Below are positions 1-5,456 of a stretch of 10,266 bases of DNA, piece after piece. The notes below the pieces were generated by a model. That model worked only from the letters and a program-made list of their open reading frames with translations, did not search any database and was not told the DNA's origin. A program made the translations under genes and the position numbers. Location of the stretch: the IMG/VR virus record IMGVR_UViG_3300028991_000027, positions 1-10,266 of that record, one strand, 5' to 3'. Each line of letters begins with the position of its first letter. Positions within the stretch are counted from its first letter, which is position 1. Source of the stretch: a virus (Duplodnaviria > Heunggongvirae > Uroviricota > Caudoviricetes).

Positions 1-496
1 CGAAAGTAAGCAATCAGCGGGGCCATCACATGCTGTTTCAGTGCCCTGCCCTTCGCCTCACAGCCATCATCTTTCGGGCGATACGGCCCCTGATAATGTT
101 CCGCGAACAGAATGCGCTCTGTGGCCGGAAAATACGCCCGCAGGCTTTCCTTGTTACACCCGTTCCAGCGTCCGGGCGGCTTTGCCCAGATGATATGGTT
201 CAGCACGTTAAACCGCTCACGCATCATGATTTCGGTGTCAGATGCCAGGCGATGCCCACAGAACAGGTATAGACTTCCTGCAGGTTTCAGCACCCGCCAG
301 AACTGCGCAAGACACTGGTCCAGCCACTTCAGGTAATCTTCATCACCCGCCCACTGGTTATCCCAGCCTTCGGGTTTCACTTTAAAGTATGGTGGGTCTG
401 TGACTATCAGATCGACAGAGTTTTCCGGTAAGGTCTGGATACCAGGCAATCAGCGTTGATTAACTCACAACTGGATATTTTTACAGTGTTAGCCAT
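1..496 (-). CDS. DNA methyltransferase, beta-class N6-adenine/N4-cytosine type; 3' end beyond window; N-terminus interrupted by an apparent -1 frameshift
   Basis: Minus-strand translation from ATG at 496-494 gives MANTVKISSCELINADCLVSRPYRKTLSI then TGA at 409-407. The -1 frame opens after a TGA at 452-450 and reads LPGIQTLPENSVDLIVTDPPYFKVKPEGWDNQW... with no stop down to position 1. DPPY (motif IV) near the N-terminus, preceded by an xxDCL and SVDLIVTDPPY context, is the beta-class arrangement. Not in the ORF track because it runs off the edge. Confidence 0.6.
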
Positions 497-646
497 AGAT
501 CAATAAGCACTTCTCTGATAGGCTCATACCGCTTTTGCGCAAAGCAGATGGGCCTGAGGTTTGCTTGTGACCCCAACGCATGAGCAGATGGCTGGCAGGT
601 GCCGCTAACACCCACCAGCCGCCCATTACCACAAATAAAAAAGCCT

Positions 647-823
647 TCACTGAGGAAGGCGTCTGTAACAACCGAACTGATAATCTGCCAGACCCGCCAT
701 AACCAGCTGGGTCAGTATTAACTGACAACGTTCGCGTGAAAGGTAAGTATTCTGCGCAATTTCCCCGACAGTCGCCGGTTCGGTGACGCTCAATTCATTA
801 AACACCACTCTGGCAGTTTCGGT
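647..823 (-). CDS. small hypothetical protein (59 aa from ATG at 823), possibly winged-helix DNA-binding
   Basis: Part of ORF 647..844. From the first ATG it reads MTETARVVFNELSVTEPATVGEIAQNTYLSRERCQLILTQLVMAGLADYQ, an HTH-like pattern. The AGGA directly abuts the ATG, so the ribosome-binding site is poor. It is the first ORF after the tR'-like terminator. Confidence 0.3.
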   Translation of the reverse strand, partial: TETARVVFNELSVTEPATVGEIAQNTYLSRERCQLILTQLVMAGLADYQFGCYRRLPQ

Positions 824-905
824 CATATCCTGCTGTTTTAGCAAGCTGAAAGACCGGTATTCACCGCCACCAGCGCGTTTACTGTACTGACGCGATTTCA
901 GTCAT

Positions 906-928
906 AAAAAACCCGCCTGGCGGCGGGG
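906..928 (-). terminator. rho-independent terminator (tR'-like) closing a short transcript from the late promoter
   Basis: Minus strand reads CCCGCC-gcca-GGCGGG followed by TTTTTTAT (plus-strand stem arms 912-917 and 922-927, A-run 906-911). About 65 nt downstream of the putative late promoter. Confidence 0.6.
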
Positions 929-975
929 TGTAAAAAATCTTCTAACGTCAGGCATAAAACGCCCATCGTTAGGGG

Positions 976-1003
976 GATTTACCACAGATTCGGGAAAAAT
1001 CAA
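976..1003 (-). promoter_or_regulatory. putative late promoter PR' (with expected Q-utilisation region) just downstream of the Q-like gene
   Basis: Minus strand: -35 TTGATT (plus 998-1003), 16-nt spacer, extended -10 TGgTAAATC (plus 976-984). It begins 5 nt after the Q-like stop codon and is followed by the terminator at 906-928, as in lambda PR'-tR'. Confidence 0.4.
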
Positions 1004-1008
1004 CAAAG

Positions 1009-1830
1009 CTATCTGGTCACCTTTTTCAGTTGTTGTTCTGCCCATGCTTCTTCAATATCAAACTGCACCACCAGCGTATCGTAAAAACGTTTAACTGTTT
1101 TTTTCCATGTATCAAGAGATATGGCATCGGTTACATTACATATGGCATTAAATGCCTCCGTTGAAGGTAATCTTTCATAGCCACGCCCACCACAACGCTG
1201 ACAGTTTCTGAAAACCGGCACACCCTGTTTTTCCGACTCTTCACGATGAATGGCAACACCGCGCCCACGACAATCTTTACAGGCTGTGGAAACCTCCCCC
1301 TTTCCGCTACACTCCGGACAGGCAACTTTTACCACCTCCCTGACTTTTTTCCATTCCTCCCAGTAAGACGGATACACGCCTTTTGTGCACTTTGCCCATA
1401 CTGGCGGCTTACCATCCGGATACTGGATCTTGTTTGTAAAAATCTCGCTTTCAATAAATTTTTTTCCGTGACAGCAGGGGCACTGTTTTTTGCTCGCCGC
1501 GCTACGGGCATAATCTTCAAACGCATACGAAGCCATAATGCGCATCACTGCCGGTTTTATTTCTGCCGGGAGTTTTCTTAACGCCGCCACGCAATCACAC
1601 CGACTGAGTGCATATTCTGTCAGCAATTCTGTTGCCCGCTCTCTGTCATTCATACTAATGCCCATTTTCCCAAGGAACGCAGAAAACCCCATCTCAGCCC
1701 GATTCTGTGTCATGCCCTGCGCTGCCATCACATCAGTGATACTCAGCGCATCTTTTGACGTCGAGGCAGAGGCATCTGTCAGGCCGGGGGATTTTGGTGA
1801 ATAGTACTTCGGTAAATCTTCCAGTTTCAT
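1009..1830 (-). CDS. late-gene antiterminator Q-like protein (273 aa) with four DnaJ-type CxxCxGxG zinc-finger repeats
   Basis: Complete ORF. Lies between rusA (ATGA stop/start overlap at 1827-1830) and the PR'/tR'-like pair. Cys repeats CPCCHGKK, CPECSGKG, CKDCRGRG, CQRCGGRG at aa 117-217. The Q assignment is mainly positional. Confidence 0.55.
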   Translation of the reverse strand: MKLEDLPKYYSPKSPGLTDASASTSKDALSITDVMAAQGMTQNRAEMGFSAFLGKMGISMNDRERATELLTEYALSRCDCVAALRKLPAEIKPAVMRIMASYAFEDYARSAASKKQCPCCHGKKFIESEIFTNKIQYPDGKPPVWAKCTKGVYPSYWEEWKKVREVVKVACPECSGKGEVSTACKDCRGRGVAIHREESEKQGVPVFRNCQRCGGRGYERLPSTEAFNAICNVTDAISLDTWKKTVKRFYDTLVVQFDIEEAWAEQQLKKVTR

Positions 1831-2201
1831 TTTTGGGCCTGTCCTTCATGCGTTATTTGGTAAATCTTCACACCCAGTCGTCCACCAGATACTGGCCGAC
1901 CACGTACAATATTGATTTCATCAAACTGCTCATCGTCCATTAACAGCCCTGCATGCGTCAGCGCATCCAGCGGCGCTTTCAGGATATTGTCCAGGTCACG
2001 ACGGCGCTTATCCGGTGGCTCTGCAATAATCCTGATTACCAGCCTTCCGGACAGGCTTAATTTCAGCCGCTGCTGGCGAACAATAAGCGCCACAGCCCGG
2101 CGATAACGCTTTCCCTCCTCCGAGATAAAATATGTACTGCCACGACGACGCCAGTAGGTGTTCACCGTTGGCGGGTAAGGTAAAACCAAATCTATGGGCA
2201 T
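1827..2201 (-). CDS. rusA: RusA-family Holliday junction resolvase (124 aa)
   Basis: ORF track protein contains RRRDLDN and surrounding sequence recalled as typical of RusA. ATG at 2201 is preceded by GAGGTG; its stop overlaps the Q-like start (ATGA). Confidence 0.85.
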   Translation of the reverse strand: MPIDLVLPYPPTVNTYWRRRGSTYFISEEGKRYRRAVALIVRQQRLKLSLSGRLVIRIIAEPPDKRRRDLDNILKAPLDALTHAGLLMDDEQFDEINIVRGRPVSGGRLGVKIYQITHEGQAQK

Positions 2202-2213
2202 CAGTCACCTCTT

Positions 2214-3263
2214 TTACCCAAGCACGCCTGTTGCGAAGGCGTGATCAAGAAAATGAAAAATTAACTCAACCTGGGAGCCGTACTTTTTCTCAAACTCCAG
2301 CGGGTCAGCATGAAGTTCGTTGTGGTGCTCCCGGCACAACGGTAGTGTGAAAATATCGTGGGCCTTTGTTCCCATTCCGCCCTGCCCATGGCCAATCAGG
2401 TGATGCGGATCATCAGCTGGCTTTCCACAACATGCGCACGGCTGCGTCTTAACCCAGCGTGTGTACTTTTCATTAACCCAGCGACGACGTTTAGGCCGTT
2501 TCATGAAAGATTCCGGAGACTCCGGATCAACGGCGATGCTTACTACCGTCTTTTCCTGTGGCGTGGTTTGTGGCTGGTGGGCGTGAAGCGGTAGCGCTAT
2601 GTTTTTTGTGCGCTGCTTCAGGATGCCGGTGGCGGTCTGCTCTCCCGGTATGATGTCGCTCTCACGGTATACGGAGCGGATTTTTTCCACCGGTAATCCC
2701 AGCGAACGACGCAATACAGACCCCGGAAGCGCATCAGCCACCTGATTGCAGACCGCCCACCAGGATAATTCGGCCAGCGATAACTCCCTCTCCTGCGTGC
2801 CATTCATTGCGTGACGGATGACGTCAATCATCCAGGCAGCCAGATTCTGCTGAGCAAGTTGCTCCAGTGAATCAGATGTCTGCTCCCGCAACTGGTTGTC
2901 GCAGTGCCAGCACAACACCATCGCGCCGGTACCGTAACGGTGAATGACGGTTTCGCTGTGATGATAATCGCCATGTGGCCACTGGCAGGATTTCACTTGA
3001 CGTAATAACCAGTCAGACAGTGCACCAGCACCACCTGCAGCACGGATCACCCGCTCATCACTGAAAAATGGCAGTAATGATTTATCCTCCACCAGCGGCT
3101 GGCGAACAGTGGGAACCGCTCCGGATGGCAGCGCCCGCATGTTTTTCGGTTCCGGCTCCACCAGCACCCTGCCGCAATGAAAAACCGGCAGTGATTCGCG
3201 ACCGGGCTTAAGGACCACCAGCCCGAGCTCCGGTACCAGAACAGGTCGAAGTAATACCCGCAC
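2214..3263 (-). CDS. DUF968-family phage protein (YdfU-like, 349 aa) with C-terminal HNH-type motif
   Basis: GTG start at 3263 preceded by GGAGG at 5 nt. C-terminal CACCGKPADDPHHLIGHGQGG...LCREHHNELH resembles an HNH zinc-binding nuclease motif. Length matches the DUF968 proteins of E. coli cryptic prophages as recalled. Confidence 0.75.
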   Translation of the reverse strand: MRVLLRPVLVPELGLVVLKPGRESLPVFHCGRVLVEPEPKNMRALPSGAVPTVRQPLVEDKSLLPFFSDERVIRAAGGAGALSDWLLRQVKSCQWPHGDYHHSETVIHRYGTGAMVLCWHCDNQLREQTSDSLEQLAQQNLAAWMIDVIRHAMNGTQERELSLAELSWWAVCNQVADALPGSVLRRSLGLPVEKIRSVYRESDIIPGEQTATGILKQRTKNIALPLHAHQPQTTPQEKTVVSIAVDPESPESFMKRPKRRRWVNEKYTRWVKTQPCACCGKPADDPHHLIGHGQGGMGTKAHDIFTLPLCREHHNELHADPLEFEKKYGSQVELIFHFLDHAFATGVLG

Positions 3264-3264
3264 G

Positions 3265-3537
3265 TTACCTCCAGATGCGTTGCTGGAATGTGCGGGACGG
3301 ACGCGGAGGGCGTTCGGAATAAGGAAGCCTGACAGAGATTATCCAGTGACGATAATCGAGACTGAGGGCTTTCTTAACCTCGTATCCGCGCCTGCGGTAA
3401 CACTGAATCAGCCATTCGGCCTGTTCTTCAGTGCATGGGGGATGCAGGTACCAGTGGGTTTTAAATACGTACGAATGCCGCCCCCGCTTAATGGCCGGGA
3501 CGGCTTCAGAATTGTGGGATTTTATATGTTGCGCCAT
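3265..3537 (-). CDS. hypothetical nin-region protein (about 90 aa from ATG 3537; ORF track extends to a TTG at 3585)
   Basis: ORF 3265..3585. Its stop lies 1 nt before the DUF968 GTG start, suggesting coupling. The TTG at 3585 sits almost inside the upstream terminator T-tract, so the internal ATG at 3537 (MAQHIKSHNSEAV...) is preferred. No family recognised. Confidence 0.4.
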   Translation of the reverse strand: MAQHIKSHNSEAVPAIKRGRHSYVFKTHWYLHPPCTEEQAEWLIQCYRRRGYEVKKALSLDYRHWIISVRLPYSERPPRPSRTFQQRIWR

Positions 3538-3600
3538 CGCAGCAGGTGTCAGTTGTTCAGGCTGACGGCGCGAATTGTAAGGCAATACGCCGGAATGTAC

Positions 3601-3628
3601 AAACAGAAACCCCGTCAGTAAGACGGGG
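3601..3628 (-). terminator. rho-independent terminator downstream of the OB-fold gene
   Basis: Minus strand: CCCCGTC-ttact-GACGGGG followed by TTTCTGTTT (plus stem arms 3610-3616 and 3622-3628). Confidence 0.5.
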
Positions 3629-3645
3629 ATAACCTGAACCGATTA

Positions 3646-3990
3646 CTATAATAATTTCAGAGTTTTTACATCCAGTTCAACACTGTTCAGGTCTTTATCA
3701 AGTTCCCCCTCAATTATTACCTTGTCTTTCGGAGAAACATTCTGCCCGGCCCATACACTTTTATCGATATCCGTGACAATGGTTCCGCTACTGTCGCGAA
3801 ACTCATAACGATCATCACCCAATTTTTTAACGATGTGCCCTTCAAGGATAACCCATGCCTCGTCCTTCTGTTCTTTTGCCTGCACTACTGTTGTTGAACG
3901 CTCTGCTTCAGACCCCAGAAAACCTCCCTGTTGTGCAAAAACGCCAAAAGACACGCAGGAAAAAAGGGCTGCGATTAATACTTTTTTCAT
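3646..3990 (-). CDS. YgiW/YdeI-family (BOF) OB-fold periplasmic protein with signal peptide (114 aa)
   Basis: Start taken at ATG 3990 (MKKVLIAALFSCVSFGVFAQQGGF...), preceded by GAGGA; the ORF-track N-terminal extension is not supported. QGGF, DDRYEFRDSSGTIVTDID and GELDKDLNSVELDVK match the YgiW/YdeI pattern as recalled. Flanked by its own terminator. Confidence 0.8.
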   Translation of the reverse strand: MKKVLIAALFSCVSFGVFAQQGGFLGSEAERSTTVVQAKEQKDEAWVILEGHIVKKLGDDRYEFRDSSGTIVTDIDKSVWAGQNVSPKDKVIIEGELDKDLNSVELDVKTLKLL

Positions 3991-4078
3991 TATCGTCCTC
4001 TTCAAGAAATTAACATGAACACTTGCATTGCAGCATATAAAATGCGGGTGCGTTGAGGATGCCTGACACATCAGAGGT

Positions 4079-4100
4079 GGCGAGGGATTTCTCCCTCGCC
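4079..4100 (-). terminator. stable GC hairpin at the 3' end of the hok transcript
   Basis: GGCGAGGGA-tttc-TCCCTCGCC, 8 nt past the hok stop codon. No clean U-tract on the minus strand, so it may be a 3' stabilising or fold-back element rather than an intrinsic terminator. Confidence 0.35.
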
Positions 4101-4107
4101 TGGTCTC

Positions 4108-4263
4108 TTACTTCTCAGATTCGTAGTCTACGAAGACAGCGACCTCCGTCTGGCCGGTTCGGATTCGTACCTCGCAGAGGTCTTTCCTCGTTACCAGTGC
4201 CGTCACTATGACGGTTAAACAGATGACGATCAGGGCGATTAACATCGCCTTTTGCTGCTTCAT
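4108..4263 (-). CDS. hok: Hok/Gef-family type I toxin (51 aa membrane peptide)
   Basis: Translated by hand from the minus strand: MKQQKAMLIALIVICLTVIVTALVTRKDLCEVRIRTGQTEVAVFVDYESEK. It is shorter than the ORF-track cutoff. Hydrophobic N-terminus and the TRKDLCEV...GQTEVA core match the Hok family. Confidence 0.9.
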   Translation of the reverse strand: MKQQKAMLIALIVICLTVIVTALVTRKDLCEVRIRTGQTEVAVFVDYESEK

Positions 4264-4321
4264 AGTCTGCTTCTCCTTGACCTTTCGGTCCGTAAGAGGC
4301 TAACCTACGTTTGTGAAGCAT
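4115..4321 (-). CDS. mok: mok-like overlapping reading frame (68 aa) upstream of and overlapping hok
   Basis: ORF 4115..4321 begins with ATG 58 nt upstream of hok and overlaps it in another frame, as mok does in hok/sok loci. The protein itself is low-complexity; the call is positional. Confidence 0.4.
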   Translation of the reverse strand: MLHKRRLASYGPKGQGEADYEAAKGDVNRPDRHLFNRHSDGTGNEERPLRGTNPNRPDGGRCLRRLRI

Positions 4322-4380
4322 AGATTGGGCCTCAGATTAATGTTAAGCGTCTTGCAGGACGCGTAATGTTAACTGGGGCT
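4290..4380 (+). ncRNA. sok: possible sok-like antisense RNA region (position inferred, boundaries not defined)
   Basis: In hok/sok loci the antisense RNA overlaps the mok start on the opposite strand. Here I find only a weak plus-strand promoter candidate (TTGACC 4277-4282, poor -10) and a small hairpin GCGTC-ttgcag-GACGC at 4347-4362. It may be degenerate. Confidence 0.2.
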
Positions 4381-4439
4381 TTTCTCTGTCTGCCTTACGG
4401 CGGCATGCCCGAGGCAGACAGCCTCAGGCACCCGCAGCA

Positions 4440-4467
4440 ATTCTACTTTACTCTCGTTTTACTGCAA
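4440..4467 (-). promoter_or_regulatory. putative sigma70 promoter for hok/mok mRNA
   Basis: Minus strand: TTGCAG (plus 4462-4467), 16-nt spacer, TAGAAT (plus 4440-4445). This gives a leader of roughly 110 nt before the mok-like ATG. Confidence 0.45.
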
Positions 4468-4571
4468 ACCTTTTATCCCGGGCGCATATTACCCGATATG
4501 GGAACTCACACATCGAAATGAATTCGCTTCCATTGCCCCCTCAATCACATAACCAGACACATAAAATGTAC

Positions 4572-4601
4572 TTGCCATCTGAAGAGACAATAATCTAAAC
4601 T
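4572..4601 (+). promoter_or_regulatory. putative promoter for the plus-strand DUF1640-like gene
   Basis: TTGCCA (4572-4577), 18-nt spacer, TAAACT (4596-4601), followed by SD AAGGA (4623-4627) 9 nt before the ATG at 4637. Confidence 0.3.
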
Positions 4602-4636
4602 CAGAAGATCCCTCAATAGCATAAGGAATTGATATT

Positions 4637-4924
4637 ATGGGTCACGTCTATTTTGACACATTAAAATTTGCCGAAGCACTGGAAAAAGCTGGCATGCCAG
4701 CTGAACAGGCGCGCGCCATTTCCTCCGCAATAAAAGATGCCCATGAGGCAATTGAAGTTGCAACTAAAAATGACCTTCACTACGCAAGCTCAGAACTTAA
4801 GCGCGATATTCTGTCAATTAATGAGAAAATTGACCACCTCATATTTCAAGTAACTTTTCGGTTAGGGGTAATAATTTCTATATGTATAGTAGTTGTATTT
4901 GCCATAATTAAAATGAATATGTAA
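4637..4924 (+). CDS. small coiled-coil protein with C-terminal transmembrane helix (DUF1640-like, 95 aa)
   Basis: Complete ORF with a good SD. Protein MGHVYFDTLKFAEALEKAGMPAEQARAISSAIKDAHEA... ends in the hydrophobic LGVIISICIVVVFAIIKM. Opposite strand to all neighbours, with its own terminator. Family name is from memory. Confidence 0.65.
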   Translation: MGHVYFDTLKFAEALEKAGMPAEQARAISSAIKDAHEAIEVATKNDLHYASSELKRDILSINEKIDHLIFQVTFRLGVIISICIVVVFAIIKMNM

Positions 4925-4937
4925 CAACCAGCCATAT

Positions 4938-4976
4938 AACGGGCTGATATTTATTATATCAGCCCGTTGTCTTTTT
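4938..4976 (+). terminator. rho-independent terminator after the DUF1640-like gene
   Basis: AACGGGCTGATAT-ttatt-ATATCAGCCCGTT followed by GTCTTTTT. The minus-strand copy lacks a U-tract. Confidence 0.7.
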
Positions 4977-5000
4977 AAATAAGACAAGGCGTAACAGTTG

Positions 5001-5456
5001 TCAAAGAAATATTAATTGCTTCATTCTGCATGACATTACCGCCCTTTCTGTCGCCCTCATGATATATTTAAGGTGTAGACACGCCTCCGCCATTCTGATA
5101 ATCGGGTCTTCTGAAGTCATCTTTTCTGGCGAATCGCAGTCAGCACCACATTCAGTAATGCGTTCATAATCAAAACGAGCGGTGATTTTATGTGCACCAA
5201 TCATTTGCGTAAGCGCATCTGTCAACTCTGCAATGCGCTTATCTTTGGCTTCCAACTCGCCCGGCAGCACCAGTGCTACCTTTAGATTAAAGGTAGCAAT
5301 GAAGTCCGCGTTATTTTTCAGAATATGGTGCACAATAAGTACACCATTGAGTTTTACCTTGTAACCTCGTGCGCCACAATGCGGTCTATATGAGCTCCAG
5401 TCTCCCCCACGTTGCTTTTTCTGAAGCGTCACGCATCTTCCGGTAATTAATTTCAA
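5001..5456 (-). CDS. hypothetical protein (up to 151 aa); last gene of the minus-strand operon before the moron island
   Basis: ORF 5001..5456. The start is a TTG overlapping the DUF4406 stop (TTGA), with AGGAGA 10 nt upstream; the first in-frame ATG is far downstream, so the true start is uncertain. Six Cys and an R-x6-H near the C-terminus (RMAEACLH). No family recognised. Confidence 0.5.
   Translation of the reverse strand: MKLITGRCVTLQKKQRGGDWSSYRPHCGARGYKVKLNGVLIVHHILKNNADFIATFNLKVALVLPGELEAKDKRIAELTDALTQMIGAHKITARFDYERITECGADCDSPEKMTSEDPIIRMAEACLHLKYIMRATERAVMSCRMKQLIFL

Noticed and set aside
30-336. Plus-strand ORFs 30..272 and 112..336
   Set aside because: They lie antisense to the minus-strand methyltransferase frame, which carries the SVDLIVTDPPY motif. 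No start signals and the translations look non-protein-like.
489-728. Minus-strand ORF 489..728 (79 aa)
   Set aside because: It spans the intergenic palindrome and overlaps both the small HTH-like ORF and the methyltransferase start in another frame. The translation is low-complexity, so it is probably spurious.
840-1008. Possible tRNA genes or lysis genes (holin, endolysin) immediately downstream of the Q-like gene
   Set aside because: I did not recognise any cloverleaf-compatible stretch. The ORFs that follow are an HTH-like peptide and a methyltransferase, not holin or endolysin-like proteins. Lysis genes may lie beyond the left edge.
1131-1804. ORFs 1131..1325 (-), 1246..1581 (+), 1329..1526 (-), 1538..1804 (+) and 1755..1943 (+)
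   Set aside because: All are embedded in or antisense to the Q-like and rusA genes and are explained by alternative frames of a real coding region.
1912-2350. ORFs 1912..2106 (+), 2008..2208 (-) and 2132..2350 (+)
   Set aside because: Alternative-frame or antisense ORFs within rusA and the DUF968 3' end.
3280-3621. Plus-strand ORF 3280..3621 (113 aa) antisense to the 3265..3585 ORF
   Set aside because: The minus-strand frame is preferred because its stop is coupled to the SD and GTG start of the DUF968 gene and it continues the operon direction. The plus ORF would run through the OB-fold gene terminator and has no SD. The choice is not certain.
3991-4071. N-terminal extension of ORF 3646..4071 (MCQASSTHPHF...)
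   Set aside because: The extension has no ribosome-binding site and precedes a canonical signal peptide that begins at the SD-equipped ATG 3990.
4264-4636. Possible relBE-like or additional toxin-antitoxin genes next to hok
   Set aside because: No ORF of suitable size on either strand in this interval other than the mok-like frame. The region is explained by hok leader and promoter sequences and the promoter of the convergent gene.
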